Below are positions 40,262 through 49,106 of a stretch of 64,000 nucleotides of DNA, one piece after another; positions within the stretch are counted from its first letter, which is position 1, and every line of letters starts with the position of its first letter. The notes beneath the pieces were generated by a model, which was not told the DNA's origin, ran no database searches, and worked only from the letters and a program-made list of their open reading frames with translations. The stretch covers positions 27-64,026 of the forward strand of contig JASNZL010000008.1 in assembly GCA_048499675.1 (NCBI GenBank). The letters run 5' to 3'. Origin of the DNA: Candidatus Zambryskiibacteriota bacterium (GTDB taxonomy: Bacteria; Patescibacteriota; Minisyncoccia; Phycocordibacterales; WO2-35-19). The position numbers and the translations under genes were made by a program.

Positions 40262-40918
40262 ATGAAAAAAGGGTTATTTCTGTCTGTTTTTTTGGCGCTT
40301 GTCCTCTTGGGCGGATGCCGGAAGACCCTCATTGTTCATGTCCCGGTTAGCCCGGGTATGAGCAAGACGGAGGTTGTGAAGGCCGAAAAAGAGGCGACCC
40401 GCCAGGCGGTCGCCGAGAAAAAGATGGAGGAACATGCCTCCAAAGCGGTGAGACAAATTGTCCGCCGTGCCACTCAACAAAACGAGTGGAAGCAAGAGTT
40501 CGCCCTCTCATGTCCCTACGGGGGCTACGAGAGGGTAATCATCCACCCCCACCTAGGAGACCAGTTCACTTATTGGAGGGGTGGGGGAGCCCAAAAAATC
40601 CTCATGCGCAGGGTGGTTATGGTGCATAGGGCGATGAACCCTTACACCAATCTCCCCTGCACCCTCCTCGAGGGTGGCCAGTTGGCGGTGAGCAATATGT
40701 GTCCGGGGGGGAGCATAACACTTGTCTCCTCCATTCCTCCCGTCGTTGGTGGCAGGGCACGGCAGGTAATCTGGACCGCCGAGGCCATGATTGAGGGCAG
40801 GCTCGCTCATAGCGAGTCGTCGCCAGGGATGATCTGGCAGGGGGACATGTGGTGGGAGGTTCAAATGAACCGCCCATCATGGATAATCGAATTCACTCGG
40901 GTGGATAAGGAATTCTGA
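40262..40918 (+). CDS. GC-rich hypothetical lipoprotein
   Basis: Lipobox LLGGC, GC far above the flanks, own promoter, SD and terminator. Confidence 0.75.
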   Translation: MKKGLFLSVFLALVLLGGCRKTLIVHVPVSPGMSKTEVVKAEKEATRQAVAEKKMEEHASKAVRQIVRRATQQNEWKQEFALSCPYGGYERVIIHPHLGDQFTYWRGGGAQKILMRRVVMVHRAMNPYTNLPCTLLEGGQLAVSNMCPGGSITLVSSIPPVVGGRARQVIWTAEAMIEGRLAHSESSPGMIWQGDMWWEVQMNRPSWIIEFTRVDKEF

Positions 40919-40940
40919 TTCCACGATTCCACCCAAAATC

Positions 40941-40971
40941 AAGGGCGGGGAGCGCAAGCTTCCCGCCCTTT
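40941..40971 (+). terminator. Intrinsic terminator
   Basis: aagggcggggagc-gcaa-gcttcccgccctt followed by a T-rich tract. Confidence 0.8.
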
Positions 40972-41000
40972 CTACTTTTTATGATAGGATAAATGCAAGG

Positions 41001-41130
41001 TCCCGTAGTAGAAAATGGCATTAAAAGTGTGGTTTGTAAGTATGGATTAAATTGATTATGTTTAAATTACCAACAATAAAAACAAAAATGAGCACCTGCT
41101 TTTAAAGCAATGCCTTTTTTCACTACGGGA
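41001..41130 (+). mobile_element. 130-bp MITE-like element, copy 1 (abuts the tsaE ATG)
   Basis: Terminal IR tcccgtagt..aaaatggcat / atgcc..actacggga; near-identical inverted copy at 48930-49059. Confidence 0.8.
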
Positions 41131-41627
41131 TGCAATATACATCTAAATCAGTCGAAGAGACAGAAGAAATAGCAAAGGATTTTATAAACGATTTTATTTT
41201 ACAGGAGAAAAATAGAGACAAAGCTTTTGTGGTGGGTCTCTATGGCGACTTGGGGGCAGGCAAAACAACTTTTATGAAATGTTTCGCAAAAAATTTGGGT
41301 GTAAAAGAAACTATTCAAAGCCCAACATTTGTCATAATGAAGAAATACGAGTTACGAAGTACGAGTAACGAAGAACGAGAAAAAAAGGAATCTGATTTAT
41401 CGTACCTCGTACCTCGTACTTCGTATGCCTGTTTATATCACATTGATGCTTATAGAATAGAAAAAGACGAGGAAATGTTAAAATTAGGATGGGATGAAAT
41501 AATACACAACCCGAATAATTTAGTTTTTGTAGAATGGCCGGAAATTATAAAAGATATAATGCCACCACATACTAAAATATTTTTTGAACATATAAAAGAA
41601 AACGAGAGGGAAATAAAAATAATTTAA
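41130..41627 (+). CDS. tsaE: tRNA t6A biosynthesis ATPase TsaE
   Basis: LYGDLGAGKTTF, IQSPTFVI, YHIDAYR, VEWPE; about 27-aa repeat-derived insert. Confidence 0.95.
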   Translation: MQYTSKSVEETEEIAKDFINDFILQEKNRDKAFVVGLYGDLGAGKTTFMKCFAKNLGVKETIQSPTFVIMKKYELRSTSNEEREKKESDLSYLVPRTSYACLYHIDAYRIEKDEEMLKLGWDEIIHNPNNLVFVEWPEIIKDIMPPHTKIFFEHIKENEREIKII

Positions 41628-44023
41628 TGAAAGAGAATAAATCAAATAAAAAATTAGTTTTACTTGATGCGCACGCGATTATTCATCGCGCGTACCACGC
41701 CCTGCCAGATTTTGCTACAAGCAAAGGAGAACCAACTGGGGCGTTATATGGTCTTGTGGCAATGATTTTAAAAATAGTTACCGACCTAAAACCAGATTAC
41801 ATAGTTGCTTGTTACGATTTACCAAAACCAACTTACAGACACGAAGTTTATGATGGATATAAATTAGGCAGAGCAAAGACAGATGAAAATTTGGTGATGC
41901 AACTAGAAAAATCAAAACAGATTTGTGAAATTTTAAACATACCAATTTATTCCAAAGAGGGTTTTGAGGCTGATGATATGCTTGGAACAATAGTAGAGAA
42001 ATTGAAAATTCCTGTGGATATAATTATTGCATCTGGTGACATGGATACAATGCAACTTGTAAAAGATGGAACAGGAAAAACTGGAAGTGTTAAGGTCTAT
42101 ACTCTAAAAAAAGGCATAAACGACACCATTCTGTATGATGAGAGTAAGGTAATAGAAAGATTTGGTTTTCACCCAAAATATTTAGCAGATTTCAAAGGGT
42201 TAAGGGGCGACCCGTCGGATAACATCATTGGTATTGTTGGAATTGGAGAAAAGAGTGCAACAGAACTTATAAAGAATTTTGGAACAATTGAAGAAATATA
42301 TAAACAAATCCGAAATCCAAAATCCGAAATCCGAAACAAAATAAAAGAAAGGGTTATAAAATTGTTAGAAGATGGAGAAGAGGAGGCAAAATTTAGCAAA
42401 ATGCTCGCAACAATTAGAAGAGACGCTCCGATAGATTTTGTTTTGCCAGAAACCGAATGGAAAAACGGCGTTGATTTGAATAAGGCAAAAGCGCTTTTTG
42501 CGGAATTGGAATTTAGAAATATGGGCAGTAGGCTTGAAAGTGTTTTGGGTAACGCTTCGGACGAAAGTCGCAAGGACACACAAAAACAAAACGATGATAG
42601 AGATTTGCTTGAGAAATCGCGAAGTGTCGAGGTGGAAGAGGCAAAGGTGGCGCTCTGGGTTCTTGATTCAAACAAAACGGATCCAAGTTTGGAAGATGTT
42701 TTATTTGCAGGTAAATCAGAAAACTTTGATACGGCAAAGAAAAATATCATGGATGAAATAAAAAACAGAGAAAGTGAATTTGTTTTTGAGGAAATAGAGA
42801 AACCGCTAATTCCTATAATAAAGAAAATAGGGGAACACGGAGTTTTGATAGACAAAATTTTCCTAAAAGATTTGGGAAAAAAATATTCAAAAGAGTTAGA
42901 AAAAATAGAGAAGGAAGTCTGGCAAGAAGCAGGCACTGAATTTAATGTTGCTTCACCAAAACAACTAGGAGAGATTCTTTTTGATAAACTCAATCTTTCT
43001 GTTAAAAATCAAAAAAAGACAGCCGGAGGAGCAAAATCGACAAAAGAATCAGAACTAGAAAAAATGAAGGATATGCACCCGATAATTCCACTTGTTTTGG
43101 AATACAGAGAACTTCGCAAACTCTTATCTACCTATATAGACCCAATTCCAAAGATGCTTGATAAAGACGATAGATTGCATGCAAGATTTATACAAGCTGG
43201 CACCACAACGGGCAGAATGTCCTCGGAGAACCCAAATTTACAAAACATACCGATTGGTAGTGATAGAGGGAAAGTAATAAGAAATGCTTTTATCTCACCC
43301 AAAAAAAGAAAACTGGTTGCGATGGACTATTCTCAAATAGAGCTCCGTATATCCGCCTTTCTTTCAAAAGATAAAAAACTAATTGATATTTTTAGAAATG
43401 GTAAAGATGTGCACTCTGCAGTCGCTTCTGAGGTCTTTAGGGTAAATGAATATGAAGTAACAAAAGAGATGAGAAGGCAGGCCAAAGTAATAAATTTTGG
43501 GATTTTATATGGAATGGGAGTTACTGCTCTGCAAGCAAATTTGGGAACAGATAGGAAAACAGCTCAAGAATTTTTGAACGCATATTTTGAGAAATTTGAT
43601 GGTTTAGCAAACTATCTTCATAGGTCAAAACAAGAAGCGAGTGAGCTGGGATACACAAAAACTTTTTTTGGAAGAAGGAGGTATTTTGAGGGTATAAAAT
43701 CAAAAATCCCATTTATCAGAGCAAGTGCCGAAAGGATGGCCATCAACGCTCCTATCCAAGGAACGTCAGCCGATATAATAAAAATTGCAATGAAAAAAAT
43801 TGATGATTATTTGACTCAAAATGAGAGTTCAAAAAAGGCAAATTTGATTATGCAAATTCACGACGAATTAATATATGAGGTAGACGAATCTTTTGTTTCT
43901 GACTTTTCCAAGAATGCCAAAAATATAATGGAAAATACAATAGACAAAAAAGATATATCAGATGTGCCGATAGTTGTGAATGTTTCAGTGGGTGATAATT
44001 GGGGGGAGATGGAAGGATTATAA
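41627..44023 (+). CDS. polA: DNA polymerase I (5'-3' exonuclease plus polymerase; proofreading domain reduced)
   Basis: LLDAHAIIHRAYHA, FEADD, GDPSDNI.G, TGRMSS.NPNLQNIP, DYSQIELR, AKVINFGILYG, QIHDEL. Confidence 0.97.
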   Translation: MKENKSNKKLVLLDAHAIIHRAYHALPDFATSKGEPTGALYGLVAMILKIVTDLKPDYIVACYDLPKPTYRHEVYDGYKLGRAKTDENLVMQLEKSKQICEILNIPIYSKEGFEADDMLGTIVEKLKIPVDIIIASGDMDTMQLVKDGTGKTGSVKVYTLKKGINDTILYDESKVIERFGFHPKYLADFKGLRGDPSDNIIGIVGIGEKSATELIKNFGTIEEIYKQIRNPKSEIRNKIKERVIKLLEDGEEEAKFSKMLATIRRDAPIDFVLPETEWKNGVDLNKAKALFAELEFRNMGSRLESVLGNASDESRKDTQKQNDDRDLLEKSRSVEVEEAKVALWVLDSNKTDPSLEDVLFAGKSENFDTAKKNIMDEIKNRESEFVFEEIEKPLIPIIKKIGEHGVLIDKIFLKDLGKKYSKELEKIEKEVWQEAGTEFNVASPKQLGEILFDKLNLSVKNQKKTAGGAKSTKESELEKMKDMHPIIPLVLEYRELRKLLSTYIDPIPKMLDKDDRLHARFIQAGTTTGRMSSENPNLQNIPIGSDRGKVIRNAFISPKKRKLVAMDYSQIELRISAFLSKDKKLIDIFRNGKDVHSAVASEVFRVNEYEVTKEMRRQAKVINFGILYGMGVTALQANLGTDRKTAQEFLNAYFEKFDGLANYLHRSKQEASELGYTKTFFGRRRYFEGIKSKIPFIRASAERMAINAPIQGTSADIIKIAMKKIDDYLTQNESSKKANLIMQIHDELIYEVDESFVSDFSKNAKNIMENTIDKKDISDVPIVVNVSVGDNWGEMEGL

Positions 44024-44238
44024 TTACCTAATTTCTAATTATTCTAATTAATCTAAACAATTACTAATATGGTAAAAAATACAAAATACAGTAAACAAAT
44101 TACATATAAAATACAGGAAGTAGAATAAAACCTAAAACATTTAATTTTGTATTTTATAATTTGTGATTTGTTTATAATTTTAACTTTTGATATTTTTTAG
44201 AAATTATAATAATTAGAGTACTTAGAAAAATTATACTT

Positions 44239-44667
44239 ATGGATTCTTTATTTAAACAATACGAAGGGGTTTTTGATGAAAAAGCTGAAGAACCAAAAAA
44301 GAAAAATGGCGACTTTACTTTTGCCTATAGTCCGTTTGCTCTACAAGATGCAATAGGGGAAAGGAATATAAAAAATATTTGGATTGAATATCAAAAAATA
44401 ATACTTCAAGGTATTGATCCTGAAGAAATAATTTATAAAGTGATTTCAAAAGTTAGGGATATGCTAGCTGTCCAAAAAGGAGCCACCGCAAATGATTTGG
44501 GTATAAAAGATTATCCATACAACAAATCAAAAAAAGATTTGAAGAATTGGAAAGTGGACGAGCTCCTAGATTTTTATGAAAAATTAGTGACCATTTTCCA
44601 CGAATCTAGAATGGGTAAGGACGGCATTGGTCTTGCGCTAGAAAAATTATTTCTATCATTAAGATAA
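44239..44667 (+). CDS. DNA polymerase III delta (HolA) C-terminal-like protein
   Basis: PFALQDAI, W..Y.K, PEEI, LG.KDYP..K, LALEKLFL resemble the HolA collar domain. Confidence 0.6.
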   Translation: MDSLFKQYEGVFDEKAEEPKKKNGDFTFAYSPFALQDAIGERNIKNIWIEYQKIILQGIDPEEIIYKVISKVRDMLAVQKGATANDLGIKDYPYNKSKKDLKNWKVDELLDFYEKLVTIFHESRMGKDGIGLALEKLFLSLR

Positions 44668-44700
44668 ATGGCCCACATCGAAGTGTGGACCACAAGAAAC

Positions 44701-45072
44701 CTACCTAATCTTGTCAAAAAAATCAGCTGGTAGTTTGAAGCCGATAAATTTGGATATCTCACCAAACATTATGGGGTCGATAACTGCCTCTTGGGAAATT
44801 ATATCCACGACCGCAAACTTCAAACCTCTTTTTGTAAGAATCCCACCCTTAGCATACTCGCTCAATCTCCAGCTTTCTACGATCGAGGAGACGTCATCAG
44901 AGTAGAAACCATTCGGGGTCACTCTCAAATCAATCCCAGTTTCTATATTCATTTTGGTTACTAAATCATTGTGTTTAGAGGAAATTTCCTCAACCGTTAC
45001 TGGTTTTCCATTAAGCGAAGCCATAACCCAAATCATAAGAGTTACAGCATCACCATTGAATTCATAAGGCAT
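44701..45072 (-). CDS. Hypothetical protein; SD split by an IS30 insertion
   Basis: 123-aa ORF; removing the IS restores AGGAGGT upstream of the ATG. Confidence 0.65.
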   Translation of the reverse strand: MPYEFNGDAVTLMIWVMASLNGKPVTVEEISSKHNDLVTKMNIETGIDLRVTPNGFYSDDVSSIVESWRLSEYAKGGILTKRGLKFAVVDIISQEAVIDPIMFGEISKFIGFKLPADFFDKIR

Positions 45073-45080
45073 AACACACC

Positions 45081-46094
45081 TGAAAATTCTTGTTTGAAAT
45101 GCAACTGGCGGTAATATAATTTGTATGGGAAAAACAAGAATTTTCGTCCAGTTGGACGAGCATAAAAGAGACAGGATTGAAGCTCTTTTGACTCAAGGAG
45201 TGGAGAAAAAATTAATAGCTAAAATCATCGGAGTACACAAAAGCACCGTCACAAGAGAGGTACAAAAAAGAAGCAGATTGAATGGAGAATATAGAGCCAG
45301 CTCTGCGGAACACAGCTCAAATTTTGCGGAGCAACTCTAAATATCAAGGCATGAAAATCGAGAGGCATCCGAACTCCGAGGTTCATAATTTCAGAATTAA
45401 AAATATCAATCGATGGCATCGCCGGAAGAATGAGAGAAGAAAAATGGTCAGTCAGAGTTTCGAGATGCTATATACCGATGGCTTCGATCTGTTCACGGAG
45501 TAAGATATTGCAAGTATCTTTGTACCAAAAGATATCGCAAGAAACCGCATACTGATACTCCAAAGAGGCAGATCATCCCAAATATGGTCATATTCACGAT
45601 ATGCCAGGCTAATCCGGGATTTGTGACCGAAGGAGATTATCTCTTTCACCAAAGAAAATATCCAAACGGCGCTGGTATTTGTCGGTTGGAGAGAGAAACC
45701 AAACTAAAGGAATTTGGTTAAAGTTCCCTGACCGATACATACTGCGAGAGTTGGTGAGAAAATTACAATGAAAACATCATTCATGTTATGATTTGACCAA
45801 GGTGGAGAAAACCTCTGAGAGCATGAAAATTCAGCATGAAGACATATTTTTGCATCCTGGCATCTCCGAGGCAGAAACCCTTCATTGAGTCCAGCATCGG
45901 ATTATGTGAAGATATTTTGGCCCAAGGGAACTAATTTGAAAAAAGTATCAAAAGAAGAATTCCAAGAAAAATTGGAAATCTTAAACAACAACAGAAAAAC
46001 GCTTCGTTACCGAAGCGCCAATGAAGCAGCGAGAGAGTGTGGTATCATTCATGGCAATTAGCAACTCCAGTTGCATTTCACCCCAGAATTTACA
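45081..46094 (+). mobile_element. IS30-family insertion sequence (degraded)
   Basis: 28-bp imperfect TIRs tgaaaattcttgtttgaaatgcaactgg / ccagttgcatttcaccccagaatttaca, ACC target duplication, about 1 kb. Confidence 0.85.
45125..46040 (+). pseudogene. Frameshifted IS30-family transposase
   Basis: N-terminal HTH (IAKIIGVHKSTVTREV) then fragments in shifting frames, ending ..PKGT..LNNNRKTLRYRSA. Confidence 0.8.
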
Positions 46095-46197
46095 ACCTCC
46101 TTTCTGGGATATTTATAGCATGATCTAATAACAAATCAAATTAGTAATTTGATTTTATATGGTTTTTATAGTATATTTTGTTGTTGAAGTTATTTAT

Positions 46198-46270
46198 CCG
46201 CCCGTAGCTCAGTCGGTAGAGCAGCTCCCTTTTAAGGAGATGGTCGTAGGTTCGATTCCTACCGGGCGGA
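46198..46270 (+). tRNA. tRNA-Lys (anticodon UUU), CCA not encoded
   Basis: Acceptor CCGCCCG/CGGGCGG, loop CTTTTAA, T-arm GTAGG-TTCGATT-CCTAC. Confidence 0.92.
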
Positions 46271-46540
46271 CAAGCGTTAAAAAAATCAGAACTGCTTCTG
46301 ATTTTTAGCTTGTCCGAGGCGGAGCGATTTTTTTGTTTTGCGAAGCAAAGGCAAAAACCGCGAGCCGGGTGAGAAGCGAATATTTGGAGCTTCGCAAGAC
46401 CTTTGATAATTTTTATGAGTGTTGCGAGTAAAAATAGAAAAGGTGTACAGGTTCTGTAAGAACCGCGAGATTTTTCCGTCAGGAAAAATACTTGTGACGA
46501 CAAAAGCGTTAAAAAAATCAGAACTACTTCTGATTTTTAA
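46271..46540 (+). repeat. tRNA-3'-anchored hairpin element with the shared ~95-bp module
   Basis: Bounded by the direct repeat aagcgttaaaaaaatcagaactRcttctgattttta; core 46368-46462 matches inverted 56954-57049 and, more loosely, 1095-1167. Confidence 0.75.
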
Positions 46541-46557
46541 ATTTATACACTTTCTAA

Positions 46558-46962
46558 CTAAAGTGGTAAATCAATTGCAAAAGCGCCAGCTCCGGAGAAG
46601 AGGAGGGATAGTGTGATCGCTAAAATTAAAACATAGAAAACAAAATTTCTTTTTAGAATTGTTGGGTCTTTGTACTCAACGTAAGCTTCGGCAAAAGTAA
46701 GAAGTGCCAAAACAAGAGCGGCTATCTGAGTATAATAACCCAAGAGAAACATAACACCGCCAACAAATTCAATTGCCCCAAAAATTTTTACAGCAATTTT
46801 TGGATTTGGGATGTTTAATGTCGCAAGAGAAACTATCCATCTTTCTTTTTCTCCTTTAAAAGCAAGAAGCCCGAGGTTTACAAATATAAAACCAACAACT
46901 ACTCTTAGTATAAAAGGGGAGAGTAGTCCGTATGTAAGTAATTCTGGGAAAGGATTGAGCAT
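46558..46962 (-). CDS. DoxX family membrane protein
   Basis: ILRVVVGFIF, EFVGG..LLG.YTQIAA, GAGAFAID. Confidence 0.88.
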   Translation of the reverse strand: MLNPFPELLTYGLLSPFILRVVVGFIFVNLGLLAFKGEKERWIVSLATLNIPNPKIAVKIFGAIEFVGGVMFLLGYYTQIAALVLALLTFAEAYVEYKDPTILKRNFVFYVLILAITLSLLFSGAGAFAIDLPL

Positions 46963-47062
46963 ATGATTTAAATTATTCTAATTAACCTAATTTCTAATTA
47001 ATCTAATAGGTACTTGTAAATTGGGATTTTTTTAGAATAATTAGAGTAATTATACACAATAA

Positions 47063-47590
47063 ATGAAAGTTTCAAAAGGAAAAAAGGATGTTGTTGTAAT
47101 TCTGAACAACATAAGGAGTAATGAGAATGTTGGCTCTATATTTAGGACGGCAGACGCTTTTTGTGTTTCAAAAATATATCTATGTGGTTATACACCTGCT
47201 CCGCTGGATAGGTTTGGAAGAGAGAACAAAGGTCTAACTAAAGCATCGCTTGGCGCGGAGAAGATGGTTGTTTGGGAAAAGGTTGAAGATATGAAGGAGT
47301 TGATTAAACAATTAAAAATTGAAGGATATAAAATTGTCGGGATAGAACAAGATACCAATTCGTTAAATATAGAATCTTTTAATTCTAAAATCGTAACTCA
47401 TTACTCGTTACTCGGTTTAATATTTGGCAACGAAGTAGATGGTCTTAATGAAGAGGAACTAAAACTCTGCGACTATATAGTAGAAATACCAATGAGAGGA
47501 AAATTAAAAAGAGATAGGGGAGCAAGTAAAATAAACAAAGAATCCCTAAATGTTGCCGTAACAGCAGGGATAGTATTGTCTAGTATATAA
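47063..47590 (+). CDS. TrmH/SpoU family RNA methyltransferase
   Basis: LNNIRS.ENVGSIFRTADA, FGNEVDG, IPMRG..KESLNVAV. Confidence 0.92.
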   Translation: MKVSKGKKDVVVILNNIRSNENVGSIFRTADAFCVSKIYLCGYTPAPLDRFGRENKGLTKASLGAEKMVVWEKVEDMKELIKQLKIEGYKIVGIEQDTNSLNIESFNSKIVTHYSLLGLIFGNEVDGLNEEELKLCDYIVEIPMRGKLKRDRGASKINKESLNVAVTAGIVLSSI

Positions 47591-47967
47591 AAGAGATTAA
47601 TTTCTTAGCATAAAATAGAAAGACATAATATTTATTTCGAAAATTTTAAATTTTAAATTCTAAACATAATTTTAAAAATACCAAATTACAGTATCCAAAT
47701 TACAAACAATACACAAATAACAAAATCTAAAATTTAAAGATTTAGGATTTAAGAGTTTGTTTCCCCCTTCGCTAAAGCTTCGGCGGGACAAGTCGGATTT
47801 CGGATTTAGGATTTAGAATTTTAGTTAAGCTTTTATACGATTTGTGAGTAGCTTTATAAACTTTTTACCTTCAAACTTTCTAACTAATATATTCGTGTTA
47901 TTCGTGTGCATTCGCCCGCCTGCAACGTGTATGCGATAGCATTGCGGGCAGGTATATTGGTGTCGCG

Positions 47968-48930
47968 TTAGTATTTTATAGTCGCTACTACGAGCCCATT
48001 TTCGTCATGTAAATTTATGACATCATTTTTGGTTCTCCATAACGTACCAAATCTACCTAGATAAACCCTATAAATATTTCCCGGGAAATCGGTGTCCCCA
48101 AAATGGGTAGCTACGCACATATTGTAGTTAATCTGAGTGGTTAAGTATGTTTTGCATGAAGTTGTAACAGTGTCAGGCAAATCTCTAATGAACTCATTAT
48201 CTATTGTTCTACATCTACCTATTCTTTCAATAATCTTTACACACTCATCGTGTCTATCTGGAATGGATGAAAATAATGGGAGATTTTCGTCTTTCGCACG
48301 TGGGCACTGTAGAGGTAATCTTGGGTAAAAAGTGCGGTTTTCTTCAAAATAACCAGTACACTTGTTTGTTCTAAAAGAGATACCGATTGGAGAAAATCCT
48401 TTGGTTACGATGGCCTTATCTCCTTTTTGCAAAACAATGTCACTTTCTGTTTTTGTATTTGGAAAAGGTAAAAGTGATGCTCTACCAATCATTGCGTAAT
48501 TTCCTGTAACTTCACTCCTAAAATACCAGCCAGTAATATTTATCGTTTCAGTTATTTTGAGATTTGTAGACAATGTTAAATATTCTTTGCTTGGGTCACT
48601 TTGCCTAACCCCAGAAATATTGGACATTCTTATTTTGCCATAATATGGCGACCTCTCTTTGGGTACTACTTGCTTCGATATGTTTCTTTCCAGTTTTTGA
48701 AGATCTCTTTCTATTTTTTTTATCTCGTCTGCAAGTACTTTATTTGAAGTTTCTCCAAGATTTGTTCCGGAACTTGTATTGCTTCGTCCGACAGAGGAAG
48801 ACCCTTCTGTAGAAGCAGTTTTGCCCGAGCTTGTCTGTCTGTCACTCGAGCTATTTTTGATTGGTCCATAAGCAAGACCAACTACGATTATTAAAACTAA
48901 TATTACAAATATAGGTGTTTTGTCTTCCAT
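47968..48930 (-). CDS. Membrane-anchored hypothetical protein (lamin-tail-like domain possible)
   Basis: N-terminal TM, EYLTL..INITGW, SFRTNKCTGY, W...D.I.L.D..G. Confidence 0.75.
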   Translation of the reverse strand: MEDKTPIFVILVLIIVVGLAYGPIKNSSSDRQTSSGKTASTEGSSSVGRSNTSSGTNLGETSNKVLADEIKKIERDLQKLERNISKQVVPKERSPYYGKIRMSNISGVRQSDPSKEYLTLSTNLKITETINITGWYFRSEVTGNYAMIGRASLLPFPNTKTESDIVLQKGDKAIVTKGFSPIGISFRTNKCTGYFEENRTFYPRLPLQCPRAKDENLPLFSSIPDRHDECVKIIERIGRCRTIDNEFIRDLPDTVTTSCKTYLTTQINYNMCVATHFGDTDFPGNIYRVYLGRFGTLWRTKNDVINLHDENGLVVATIKY

Positions 48931-49059
48931 CCCGTAGTGAAAAATGGCATTGCTTTAAAAGCAGGTGCTCATTTTTGTTTTTATTGTTGGTAATTTAAAC
49001 ATAATCAATTTAATCCATACTTACATACTACACTTTTGATGCCATTTTCTACTACGGGA
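48930..49059 (-). mobile_element. 130-bp MITE-like element, copy 2 (abuts the ATG of 48930)
   Basis: Reverse complement of 41001-41130 with about 4 differences. Confidence 0.8.
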
Positions 49060-49106
49060 CCATCCCGTTAGAAGTATAAAATTATACAATTGAAAATAAA
49101 TTTTCT

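Noticed and set aside
46141-46616. ORFs 46141-46503 and 46419-46616, and the similar ORFs at 56808-57346
   Set aside because: They cross tRNA-Lys or the shared non-coding module. The peptide LIKIIKGLAKLQ is shared, but an indel breaks the frame between copies.
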